Shown here: piece by piece, positions 49,325-58,291 of the stretch | How the letters are laid out: the number at the start of each line of letters is the position of its first letter | Numbering within the stretch: position 1 is the first letter of the stretch | Source: an uncultured virus (IMG/VR IMGVR_UViG_3300025133_005019) | Taxonomy: Duplodnaviria; Heunggongvirae; Uroviricota; Caudoviricetes | Direction: 5' to 3' (one strand) | Length of the DNA: 64,000 bases | Virus record (IMG/VR): IMGVR_UViG_3300025133_005019 | Notes under the pieces: generated by a model | The model's input: only the letters and a program-made list of their open reading frames with translations | What the model was told of the DNA's origin: nothing | Database searches by the model: none | Program-made: the position numbers and the translations under genes

Positions 49325-50039
49325 AATTGGAAAATACACAGATTGGATAGGTCCTTATCAAGTAGCTGAAAAGTTGTGCTTTTGGGTTAAGGACGTTCCG
49401 GATGAACATGGCTTCTCAAGAAAGCCTGACTGGGTTCATAAATTTGGTGAGTTGTTAGCACACGGTAGCATTAAACCAGAACCCGAAGTAGGCGATATTA
49501 CTTCATTGTTCGACGAAGAGCGAAAGACAACACTGCTATATAAGTTCTTGCTATGGATTCAACGTAATCGAAAACGAAAGGAATATATCCATATTGATCA
49601 TTGGGATACTTGGAGCATGGATCATACACTTGCTAATATTATTCTACCTATGCTAAAACAACTAAAAGAAACCAAGCAGGGCGCTCCGTATGTATATCCT
49701 GAAGATGTACCTGCTAACCTCCGGCCTTCTAAGAAAGAATTACTCGATATACAAAAAGGCGAAACAGATGCTAGCTGGTTTGAACGTTGGGATTATGTAT
49801 TAGATGAAATGATTTTTGCATTTGAGACAAAGGTAGGTGATCTTACAGAATGGGAAGATCAGTTTCAGACAGGCAATATGGATATACAATGGAAAACACT
49901 TGAAGATGGCATGTCTGAAATGGTGCATGGACCCGAGCATACGAATGAAATTGATTGGGAAGGTCGCAAGGCATTTCAAGCCAGGATAACTAATGGTTTT
50001 AGCTTATTCGGTAAGTATTATGAAAATTTATGGGATTAA
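49314..50039 (+). CDS. Hypothetical phage protein
   Basis: WDTWSMDHTL, LDEMIFAF, LFGKYYENLWD. Confidence 0.7.
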   Translation: MKVKIGKYTDWIGPYQVAEKLCFWVKDVPDEHGFSRKPDWVHKFGELLAHGSIKPEPEVGDITSLFDEERKTTLLYKFLLWIQRNRKRKEYIHIDHWDTWSMDHTLANIILPMLKQLKETKQGAPYVYPEDVPANLRPSKKELLDIQKGETDASWFERWDYVLDEMIFAFETKVGDLTEWEDQFQTGNMDIQWKTLEDGMSEMVHGPEHTNEIDWEGRKAFQARITNGFSLFGKYYENLWD

Positions 50040-50042
50040 ACA

Positions 50043-50495
50043 GTGTATACAGCACAAGAAGTTATTAAGAATAGATTTTGGATTGTTAAAAATGATCACA
50101 GCAAAGTTGGCACATTGCGATCATGCGAGTCTGGATTTGAATTTTTTGATCAACGAGATAAATCTACACAGGTTCTTGATACTATCGATGATTTGTTTAC
50201 AGTAATAGATAAAGAATATGGTTCAAGTAAAGTTTTGCCTGATCATGCAGTGAACGGATTTAGCACTGGTATCACAAAAGTATATCCAAAAGAATACAAA
50301 CATTACCCAGCTTACACTAAAACAGAAACTGCCAATACATTATATGGTGCTGGGTATTATATTATTGAGTTTAAAGGCACGAGTTGGCAATGGGCGTTCA
50401 ATCCAAAGATTTCAACATTGGAAAAGTATCCTAGCAAAGGACCCTATTTGACTGAGTGGGAAGTTAATTTAGAATTAAAGAAACACCGCAGATAA
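50043..50495 (+). CDS. Hypothetical phage protein
   Basis: GTG-start ORF filling the operon. Confidence 0.6.
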   Translation: MYTAQEVIKNRFWIVKNDHSKVGTLRSCESGFEFFDQRDKSTQVLDTIDDLFTVIDKEYGSSKVLPDHAVNGFSTGITKVYPKEYKHYPAYTKTETANTLYGAGYYIIEFKGTSWQWAFNPKISTLEKYPSKGPYLTEWEVNLELKKHRR

Positions 50496-50548
50496 TTCTA
50501 TAAAACTACTGATTTAGATAAATACTTTGACTAGGAGATAATATATCC

Positions 50549-50839
50549 ATGGCAAGACCTAAACCAACAATAATAATTGAACATGCTGATCGAAATTATA
50601 ATAGTGAACAAGTACTTGAAGCAACTGCAATTTACGCGGTTTTCTACCAAGGTAACCCAATTAATTTGCGATCACTCAATACTTTAGTTAATTACCCAGG
50701 ACCTAAATACAAAAAAGTAAGTTTCAGTAATAGTGGCCACGCCTTTGGATTGGCAACCCGACTTAATAAAAAATTCAGTACTACTGATTTTGCAGTTTAT
50801 AAGCTAGATTGTGGCGAACTCATTAATAAAGATGATTAA
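50549..50839 (+). CDS. Hypothetical phage protein
   Basis: GATAAATA box at 50517, AGGAG RBS; MARPKP...PGPKYKKVSFSN. Confidence 0.7.
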   Translation: MARPKPTIIIEHADRNYNSEQVLEATAIYAVFYQGNPINLRSLNTLVNYPGPKYKKVSFSNSGHAFGLATRLNKKFSTTDFAVYKLDCGELINKDD

Positions 50840-51182
50840 TAGTCAGTCACATCATGAATATGTGCTACAAATGCAAAAATTTATTTTAAATAAAATTAAA
50901 GAAATAAATGGTCATAGCAAAATTAATTGCTATGACATTTTTTTGAATATGAACACCTTGCGGCTTCGTACAAAAGGCAAAAACCTTATGTTGAAACTAT
51001 ACGACAGCTATACCTTCAAAAACTCAAAACAAGTTAAGAGTAAGCATTTAATTCAGATGCTCAAAAAAATCAAACATCCATATTATATGGGACCAAGCTA
51101 TATTGTACTTTTCAGTGAAACTGATGCATTTATGTATAAGCTTGGCGGCTTCGAAACATGGATTGAAAGCCAAAAAGATTAA
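50832..51182 (+). CDS. Hypothetical protein
   Basis: ATG overlapping the upstream stop region. Confidence 0.6.
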   Translation: MINSQSHHEYVLQMQKFILNKIKEINGHSKINCYDIFLNMNTLRLRTKGKNLMLKLYDSYTFKNSKQVKSKHLIQMLKKIKHPYYMGPSYIVLFSETDAFMYKLGGFETWIESQKD

Positions 51183-51200
51183 ATAAAAAGCAAAAAAGTA

Positions 51201-51229
51201 TTGACAACCAATACGTCTTACTGTATCAT
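51201..51229 (+). promoter_or_regulatory. sigma70 promoter with operator-like spacer
   Basis: TTGACA-ACCAATACGTCTTACTG-TATCAT. Confidence 0.75.
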
Positions 51230-51251
51230 ATAAGTATAAGTTAATCAAAGA

Positions 51252-51515
51252 GTGAGAAAGATTATGAAACGCAACGAACGAACAGCTTTTAACGCATTAA
51301 AGAAAATGGGCTGCCCAGTTTTCGCCCCTGAAGGTTGCGACTATGGTGCATTCATTATTAGCGCCGAAGATAACTCAACTGATCTTTGGGCTGATTATTA
51401 CCAGTTCGCATATGGTGAGTTTGGAGTAAAACAAGAAGTATGTGATTTGCTTCGCAAGAACAAATTGTTTTGTGAGTGGGTTAATCCTGGAATGCTTGGT
51501 GTTTATCAAATTTAA
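51252..51515 (+). CDS. Small hypothetical protein
   Basis: Monocistronic ORF after a promoter; ISAE...EWVNPG. Confidence 0.65.
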   Translation: MRKIMKRNERTAFNALKKMGCPVFAPEGCDYGAFIISAEDNSTDLWADYYQFAYGEFGVKQEVCDLLRKNKLFCEWVNPGMLGVYQI

Positions 51516-51518
51516 GTA

Positions 51519-51547
51519 TTGACACACCTACCTAGATAATGTATAAT
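51519..51547 (+). promoter_or_regulatory. sigma70-type promoter
   Basis: TTGACA-17-TATAAT. Confidence 0.85.
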
Positions 51548-51596
51548 CTATACATAACTTAATTAAACCCGATAATGGATATAACGGAGACACGAT

Positions 51597-52715
51597 ATGT
51601 CAACTACTGCTACATTAACAAATGATCGTACTGTACGGATTTCAGAGGCCAACCGCCTTATCGTTCGTGCGTTCAATAAGAAGCGTCCTGTGTTTTTGTG
51701 GGGACCTCCAGGAATTGGTAAATCAGAACTTGTACAGGGCATTGGTGATTCAGGTGTATTGGGTAATACTCTTGTAATTGATATGCGCCTGGCATTGTTT
51801 GAGCCAACTGATTTGCGTGGTTACCCAGTTCCAAATCTAGAAACAGGTGTTATGCAATGGCTACCACCTGCAGATCTTCCCAGTGAAGAACTAGCTGCAC
51901 AATACGATACAGTTATTGTGTTCCTAGATGAGATGAACTCAGCAGCACCAAGTGTACAGGCCGCTGGTTATCAACTTATCCTAAACCGTCGAATTGGTCA
52001 GTATAAGTTGCCTGAAAATGTGGTAATGATTGCCGCAGGTAACCGTGAGACTGACAAAGGTGTTACTTACCGTATGCCTAAGCCACTTGAGAATCGTTTT
52101 GTTCACTTTGAACTACGTGTTGATTTTGAAGATTGGTTGAACTGGGCTGTTGATAAAAACATCAATGCTGATATTGTTGGTTATTTGAGCTTTGCTAAAA
52201 ATGACCTTTATAACTTTGACCCCAAGTCTAGTTCACGTGGTTTTGCTACACCACGCGCATGGACATTTACTAGTGAATTACTAGAAGATGATGATGATCT
52301 TGGTGAAGGACTTACCACTGATATGGTTGCAGGCTGTGTTGGTGAAGGCATTGCTATTAAGTTTATGGCTCACCGCAAAGTTGCTGCTGATTGTCCAGAT
52401 CCAACTGCTGTATTGGACGGCAAGATAACTGAAATGAAGAGTGATGAGATGAGCGCGAAATATGCATTGGCAACGAGCCTATGTTACGAGTTACGTGAGC
52501 GTCACCAGAATGGAGAAAAGGCTGGTTCGTTGGATAAATTCCACAAGAGCTTTAGTAACTTTATTAGCTTCATGATGGATAACTTCGAAACAGAAATGGT
52601 GATTATGGCATCACGTGTTGCGATGCAAAATTATAAGTTAACACCAAAGCAAGATAAGATTGCCCGCTTCCAGGAGTTCTTCGAACGCTATGGTCGTTTG
52701 GTATTAGATGCATAG
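51597..52715 (+). CDS. MoxR-like AAA+ ATPase
   Basis: GPPGIGKS, FLDEMN, AAGN, LENRF, TPRAW. Confidence 0.9.
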   Translation: MSTTATLTNDRTVRISEANRLIVRAFNKKRPVFLWGPPGIGKSELVQGIGDSGVLGNTLVIDMRLALFEPTDLRGYPVPNLETGVMQWLPPADLPSEELAAQYDTVIVFLDEMNSAAPSVQAAGYQLILNRRIGQYKLPENVVMIAAGNRETDKGVTYRMPKPLENRFVHFELRVDFEDWLNWAVDKNINADIVGYLSFAKNDLYNFDPKSSSRGFATPRAWTFTSELLEDDDDLGEGLTTDMVAGCVGEGIAIKFMAHRKVAADCPDPTAVLDGKITEMKSDEMSAKYALATSLCYELRERHQNGEKAGSLDKFHKSFSNFISFMMDNFETEMVIMASRVAMQNYKLTPKQDKIARFQEFFERYGRLVLDA

Positions 52716-52734
52716 ACATTATGCATTATAAAAC

Positions 52735-52765
52735 TATAGGAGCTAATGGCTCCTATATCTTTTTT
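52735..52765 (+). terminator. Intrinsic terminator
   Basis: TATAGGAGC-taatg-GCTCCTATA followed by a T-rich tract. Confidence 0.8.
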
Positions 52766-52771
52766 AGTTAA

Positions 52772-53122
52772 GTGGATCGACATAGTATGAAAGCTACATA
52801 TTTGACGCCAAAATTGTTAGAGCATGAAAAAAAGGTAGATTTAGCTAACTTTTCACCTCGTGAAAGAACTAATATCAGACTATATGGACTTGCATGCAAA
52901 GATTGGACACCGATAATGTTGCATGAATATAAACGCAAGTGGAAAGCAAATGCCGTAAGTGTTAAGGTTAGACCAGGTCAATTAATTGAAGCTACTGCAT
53001 GGTGCCGCTTTAACTTATTTCATCAAGATTTTGTAGTAACTAAGTATGCCTTTCCAGATGATTCGCATGCAATTTACTTTAAAAATCCAGATGACGCTAT
53101 GATTTTCAAATTAAGTTTATGA
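52772..53122 (+). CDS. Hypothetical protein
   Basis: ORF ending YFKNPDDAMIFKL. Confidence 0.6.
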   Translation: MDRHSMKATYLTPKLLEHEKKVDLANFSPRERTNIRLYGLACKDWTPIMLHEYKRKWKANAVSVKVRPGQLIEATAWCRFNLFHQDFVVTKYAFPDDSHAIYFKNPDDAMIFKLSL

Positions 53123-53127
53123 TTTAC

Positions 53128-53156
53128 TTGACATTAGTAATGAATTATAGTATTAT
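53128..53156 (+). promoter_or_regulatory. sigma70-type promoter
   Basis: TTGACA-17-TATTAT. Confidence 0.7.
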
Positions 53157-53180
53157 AATAATATAGTACAACAGATTAGG

Positions 53181-54365
53181 ATGAATGATATGGTACAACT
53201 TGCCGAAGAACGTATAACAAAATCACGTGTTCGTCTCCTATTAGGTAAACCATTTTTTGGTCAGCTTGCTACCCGGTTTAAATTAATAGAAATGAATGAT
53301 ATTTCTACAGCGGCAACAGATGGACGTAACTTTTATTTTAATCGCGAGTTTATCAACCAGTTGCCAGATGGAATGATTGATTATTTGGTTGGCCATGAAG
53401 TGTTACATATGGTGTTTGATCATATGGGCGCACGTGGTGACCGTGACCCCAATAAGTATAATCAAGCGGCAGATTTTAATATAAATATGACATTGGTTGA
53501 TGAAAATATTGGCACCGTGATTACTGAAGAATATCTAAGCGGCGGTAAGCCATGCTTAGATTGGAAATACAAAGGCATGAACTCATATGAGATTTATGAC
53601 ATTCTTGTTGAAGAGAATGATGACACAGGCTGTAGCATGGATGTTCATTTAGACCCAAATGGTTCACCAGGCGACGGTGATGGCGAAGGTGATGCTGGTT
53701 CAATTGGACAAATGACAGAAGAAGAACGCAAGGCATTGCAAGATGAAATCAAGCAGGCTGTTATCCAGGCAGCACAAGGTGCTGGTGGTGATGTTCCAGA
53801 ATCAATTAAACGAATGATTCAAGAGTTAGTAGCACCAAAGATGGACTGGAAGGATATTTTATGTACCCAGTTAGAAAGTTCACTTCAGCATGATTTTACC
53901 TTTATGCGCCCAAGCAAGCGTTCAGGAGAAGTTATTTTCCCGGGCATGAATAAAGATGAACTTTTAAGGGCATTTATTGCATTAGATCTTAGCGGAAGTA
54001 TTGGCCATGATTTGGCAAAAGAAATGCTTAGTGAAGTGCAAGGTATTATGGACCAGTATGCTGATTATGAAATTCACGTTTGTTGTTTTGACACCCGTGT
54101 ATATAACTATGAAATATTCAGCAGCGAAGATGGCCGCAGTATTAACGACTATGAACTTAAAGGTGGTGGCGGTACTGATTTTGATGCAGTATTTAATTTC
54201 TTAGCTGAAAATGATATTAGTCCTCATCAGTTAGTAATGTTTACTGATGGTTATCCATGGGGTTCATGGGGTAACGAAGATTACTGTGATACATTATTTG
54301 TTATTCACGGAGATACCGCACAAAGAATACAAGCACCATTTGGAGTTACAGTGCATTATGAATAA
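53181..54365 (+). CDS. HExxH metallopeptidase-like plus vWA domain protein (DUF2201-like), MoxR partner
   Basis: TAATDG, HEVLH, MIDAS DLSGS, GGGGTDF, FTDG. Confidence 0.88.
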   Translation: MNDMVQLAEERITKSRVRLLLGKPFFGQLATRFKLIEMNDISTAATDGRNFYFNREFINQLPDGMIDYLVGHEVLHMVFDHMGARGDRDPNKYNQAADFNINMTLVDENIGTVITEEYLSGGKPCLDWKYKGMNSYEIYDILVEENDDTGCSMDVHLDPNGSPGDGDGEGDAGSIGQMTEEERKALQDEIKQAVIQAAQGAGGDVPESIKRMIQELVAPKMDWKDILCTQLESSLQHDFTFMRPSKRSGEVIFPGMNKDELLRAFIALDLSGSIGHDLAKEMLSEVQGIMDQYADYEIHVCCFDTRVYNYEIFSSEDGRSINDYELKGGGGTDFDAVFNFLAENDISPHQLVMFTDGYPWGSWGNEDYCDTLFVIHGDTAQRIQAPFGVTVHYE

Positions 54366-54651
54366 ACCAAAAATATTAGATAACGCAGGCTCATTAAGCG
54401 AAAATGATATGGGCCTGCTAGCAGGAACTGAACTTATTCAGACAATGATGCGAAATCGAATTCTAGTTATGTCAGTACCAAACCAAGAAATGGATTGGGT
54501 TGCATTGACGGCTGGGGTCACTGGATTGTATCATATCAGAAGTATTAATCAAAGAAGTTTATATCAGGTTTGGTTTGAAAGCCCGACTGATATAGATAAG
54601 TTTAAAAAGAACTTATTTATTGCTATTGTAGGCAATAATGCTCATGCATAG
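54358..54651 (+). CDS. Hypothetical protein
   Basis: ATG overlapping the upstream stop region. Confidence 0.6.
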   Translation: MNKPKILDNAGSLSENDMGLLAGTELIQTMMRNRILVMSVPNQEMDWVALTAGVTGLYHIRSINQRSLYQVWFESPTDIDKFKKNLFIAIVGNNAHA

Positions 54652-54696
54652 GATAAATAAACATAGCAGTTAATTAAAATTCAAAAGGAGAACCAA

Positions 54697-54936
54697 ATGA
54701 CTGAACAAACCGAAAATCAAGAACGCTCAGCGTCACTAACATTAGATGATCTTACAACAACTTGTAATATCATTGATTTAGCAGTCCAGCGTGGCGCATT
54801 TAAAGGCGCTGAAGCAGAAACTGTAGGCATCCAATTCAATCGCCTAGTTGCAATTATTCGTCAACTAGCACCTGAAGTTGAAACTCGTGATGACGAGTCT
54901 GTTAAAGAAGAAGCCCCTGCCTCTGAAGGAGAGTAA
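54697..54936 (+). CDS. Hypothetical phage protein
   Basis: GATAAATA at 54652, AAGGAG RBS; IIDLAVQRGAFKG. Confidence 0.7.
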   Translation: MTEQTENQERSASLTLDDLTTTCNIIDLAVQRGAFKGAEAETVGIQFNRLVAIIRQLAPEVETRDDESVKEEAPASEGE

Positions 54937-54941
54937 GTATT

Positions 54942-55529
54942 ATGCCAACAAATAACTTAAAACACATTGGGTCTATTATTAATACCCAACGTAGATGTGT
55001 TGTAGTTTTTCGTGAAATTCCAGATGAGCCCACTTATTGCTTAATAGTAGATACAGATGCACTTCCAGATTGGATGCATGATGATATTATGCATGCAGTT
55101 GAATCACCAGCTGGTCAAGAATCAAATGAATTCTACGAATATGCCGCACGAACTTTATTCTCAGATGGAACGCAGATGTTAAATAACATGCATTCAAAAG
55201 GGTTACTGCAACGCCAACCGGTTAGCAATATTTCAATGACACCAAATCGTGAAACTGCTATTAATTTAGCCGATTTGAATGATTTGATTAGTCAGCAAAA
55301 TGGCGGAAAGCCAGCAGTTGAGCCATCAGCAGAAGTAGAATCATCATCAGATGATGATGTGGCATTGGATAATGTTGCGTTGGCGCAAAATATGTTAAAG
55401 CAAGCATCTGGATTTGAAGCAGAAGCAAAGCGTTTGCGAACCGAAGCGTTTGATTTGGCACCAGAACTAAAGCCAAAACGTGGCCGCAAACCTAAAGCAA
55501 AAAGCATTAAAACTGAAACAGTAAAATAA
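54942..55529 (+). CDS. Hypothetical phage protein
   Basis: LKHIG...VVVFR; basic KRGRKPK tail. Confidence 0.7.
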   Translation: MPTNNLKHIGSIINTQRRCVVVFREIPDEPTYCLIVDTDALPDWMHDDIMHAVESPAGQESNEFYEYAARTLFSDGTQMLNNMHSKGLLQRQPVSNISMTPNRETAINLADLNDLISQQNGGKPAVEPSAEVESSSDDDVALDNVALAQNMLKQASGFEAEAKRLRTEAFDLAPELKPKRGRKPKAKSIKTETVK

Positions 55530-55543
55530 AGGATTAAACTGTT

Positions 55544-55846
55544 ATGTCAATTGAAAGAAAGGATCGTTCGTTTGACCGCATTTTGGACGAAGTCGAAGTT
55601 CATCAAGTGCCTGCAAATTTCATTATGACAGTACAAATTGTTCTTATGGATGGTTCAACCATTGATGTAGGTGATTTGGATGAAGCGCAGTTATTAATTG
55701 AAAATATTAGTAGGGAAGAAGTCGCTGATGTTAATATTAGCTTAGATTACGAAGCTATTAAAAAGCATGTAACTGGCGATATAACACGCATGTTGGATTC
55801 ATATTTTAAAGATGACATCATCGACGACGATACAGACAATCAATGA
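55544..55846 (+). CDS. Hypothetical acidic protein
   Basis: AAGGA RBS. Confidence 0.65.
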   Translation: MSIERKDRSFDRILDEVEVHQVPANFIMTVQIVLMDGSTIDVGDLDEAQLLIENISREEVADVNISLDYEAIKKHVTGDITRMLDSYFKDDIIDDDTDNQ

Positions 55847-55856
55847 TACGAGAATA

Positions 55857-55912
55857 AAAGGACCCGGTTATGTAGGATACTAAAAAAGATATTCAACATT
55901 ACTGGGTCCTTT
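55857..55912. other. Long imperfect intergenic hairpin
   Basis: AAAGGACCCGGT ... ACTGGGTCCTTT with inner ATGT/ACAT. Confidence 0.55.
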
Positions 55913-55950
55913 CTGTTAAAATTTTATAAAACAATTAGGAATGAGATTTA

Positions 55951-56043
55951 ATGGATAGTTATACAAAAACTGAAATCTTTGCAATTTCAATGATAGTAGT
56001 TAATATCGCATTGATGGTTCTTGTTGTAATTAAATATTCATAA
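55951..56043 (+). CDS. 30-aa single-TM peptide (not in ORF track)
   Basis: MDSYTKTEIFAISMIVVNIALMVLVVIKYS; AGGA upstream. Confidence 0.4.
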   Translation: MDSYTKTEIFAISMIVVNIALMVLVVIKYS

Positions 56044-56073
56044 GAGTATCAAAAAATAAAGTTAGGAGTCATA

Positions 56074-57498
56074 ATGACCTGTAACGATTCAAAATTACCG
56101 TCAGACACTTTTTGCATATTGCCATGGATGCATTTAAGTACACGGCCTGATGGTAGTATGCGAGTATGTTGTACTGCTAACGCAAGTTCAGTTGGCGCAA
56201 CTAATGATAAAGTACATGGCGGACGAGTGGGCATTGTTAAGACAGACGATGGTAAACCAGCCAACTTAAATACAAGTGATTTGCATAGCGCCTGGAATAA
56301 CTCATATATGCGAAATGTAAGGCAAATGATGATAGCTGGTGAAAAACCTGCGAGTTGTCTAAAGTGTTACAAGGAAGAAGCTGCTGGCCACCGTTCAAAA
56401 CGTCAATGGGAAACAGAGTATTGGATACGTGATGGCATTGATCCATTTCAGTTAGTGGAAGAAACATATAAAGATGGTTCAACAAATGCTAACTTGGCAT
56501 ATATTGATATACGTATGGGCACCAAATGCCAACTGGGCTGTGTTATGTGTAGCCCGCATGATTCAAGTGGTTGGATTAAAGATTGGAATAACCTTTATCC
56601 AAAAATTGAGAACAAAAATCTTAAAGAAACTATGGGATGGGAAGATCGCGGCAAAACATTTGGCGCTACTTATAATTGGCATAAGGATAATCCCACGTTC
56701 TGGAAACAACTTTATGAACAAGTACCTAATATCCGTCAATTATACTTTGCTGGCGGTGAAGCAACTATTATTGAAGAACATTATGAAATCCTTGACAAGG
56801 TTATTGAAATGGGATATGCAGACAAGATTGAAGTACGTTACAATTCCAACTGCATAGAACTGCCAGACCGCTTGCTAGAGCAATGGAAACATTTTAAGAA
56901 AGTTCGTATGCATTATTCAGTAGATAGCATTGGAGACATGAACGACTACATTCGATATCCAAGTACATGGGATCACACTCTTAAAATGTTTGAACGTTTA
57001 GATACACAAACCAGTAATAACGTTGAAATTACAATTGCATGTGCAGTAAATGCACTAAATATTTATTATATTCCAGATTTTCTAAAATGGAAACTCAAAG
57101 AAAGTGGATTACATAAAACAAATATGTGGCCATTTGGCGCAGGTGGCATTAATTATCACTTTGTATACTGGCCAGGACATTTCAATGTCAAAGTATTGCC
57201 AGATGAATTTATTGATCAGTGCGAAGCCAAGTATGAAGAATTCATTGAATGGTGGACTGAAAATTGGGAACTAGGTGTACCTAGTTGGCATAAAGGCAAC
57301 GTAACAAAAGAACAATGGCTAGATGCGCCATATGGTATTAAACGACTACGTGGCATGATTAACTTTGCTCGCAGTGAAGATTGGAGTCGTCGATTACCGG
57401 AGTTTCGTGAATACTTAACAAAATTAGATGAACAGCGTGGAACAGATTTCCGTAAGACATTTCCTGAAATGTCTTACTTACTAGACGAACCAAAATAG
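56074..57498 (+). CDS. Twitch-domain radical SAM protein
   Basis: FCILPW, VCC, CLKC, CQLGCVMC, GGE. Confidence 0.88.
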   Translation: MTCNDSKLPSDTFCILPWMHLSTRPDGSMRVCCTANASSVGATNDKVHGGRVGIVKTDDGKPANLNTSDLHSAWNNSYMRNVRQMMIAGEKPASCLKCYKEEAAGHRSKRQWETEYWIRDGIDPFQLVEETYKDGSTNANLAYIDIRMGTKCQLGCVMCSPHDSSGWIKDWNNLYPKIENKNLKETMGWEDRGKTFGATYNWHKDNPTFWKQLYEQVPNIRQLYFAGGEATIIEEHYEILDKVIEMGYADKIEVRYNSNCIELPDRLLEQWKHFKKVRMHYSVDSIGDMNDYIRYPSTWDHTLKMFERLDTQTSNNVEITIACAVNALNIYYIPDFLKWKLKESGLHKTNMWPFGAGGINYHFVYWPGHFNVKVLPDEFIDQCEAKYEEFIEWWTENWELGVPSWHKGNVTKEQWLDAPYGIKRLRGMINFARSEDWSRRLPEFREYLTKLDEQRGTDFRKTFPEMSYLLDEPK

Positions 57499-57574
57499 AT
57501 AATATATTAATGATATATACAGCGATGGAAACAGCCAGAAAAAAACTACAATAATTAATAATGAGGATATTTAA

Positions 57575-58129
57575 ATGATTTATATTTTAGTAGCATTAGA
57601 AACTGAATTATCTAGCGACTACTGCGATCAACTTCCTGATAATTTTATGGTAATATACTGTGGCGTAGGAAAGATTAATGCAACTATTGCAGCTAGTGTT
57701 GTTGCCAATCAGCCTGATTGTGAACGCATTATAAATTTTGGTACTGCTGGCACATTACGTACTGAATTAGTAGGCCAACTTCATAATGTTGGACTAGTTC
57801 GTCAACGAGATATGGATGCCAGACCAGTTTCTGGTTTGGGCATAACGCCGTTTGATCCGGATGTAATTAACGGAGATCTCAAAGTAAGCGATAGTAAAAT
57901 TGTGCTAAGTACTGGTGATAATTTTGTTACATCAACCCCTGAACTTGATAGTGATCTGGTAGATATGGAAGGTTATGCCATAGTTAAAGTTGCCATGCTT
58001 AAAGGACAAGGTATACAGATATTAAAATATGCAAGTGATTTAGCAGACGAACTCGCTGCTGATGATTGGAAAGAAAATCAATCCGACGGCGCCCAATCAT
58101 TTGTTGACTATATTAAGGCACAATATTAA
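57575..58129 (+). CDS. MTA/SAH nucleosidase family (nucleoside phosphorylase fold)
   Basis: GVGKINA, INFGTAG, STGDNF, VDMEGYA, SD.AD. Confidence 0.8.
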   Translation: MIYILVALETELSSDYCDQLPDNFMVIYCGVGKINATIAASVVANQPDCERIINFGTAGTLRTELVGQLHNVGLVRQRDMDARPVSGLGITPFDPDVINGDLKVSDSKIVLSTGDNFVTSTPELDSDLVDMEGYAIVKVAMLKGQGIQILKYASDLADELAADDWKENQSDGAQSFVDYIKAQY

Positions 58130-58145
58130 TGCCCGAGAATATAAT

Positions 58146-58280
58146 ATGAATAAAAAGTAGATACTACTAGTGGATTATGCAAATACCTGCCCTAGGTGGG
58201 GAGATGAAATAAGTGATCCATACTTGGGACATTGTGGTGAATGTTGGTGGTGTAAAGAAAGGGAATGGGGATTTAAGTAA
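58146..58280 (+). pseudogene. C-terminal remnant of a QueC-like Zn-binding protein
   Basis: Frame reads MNKK*ILLVDYANTCPRWGDEISDPYLGHCGECWWCKEREWGFK*; no catalytic N-terminus. Confidence 0.55.
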
Positions 58281-58291
58281 AGGATAATATT

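Noticed and set aside
56474..56857. 127-aa same-strand +1 ORF inside the radical SAM gene
   Set aside because: No RBS, fully internal and no obvious codon shift; treated as a shadow ORF, unlike the queE overlap
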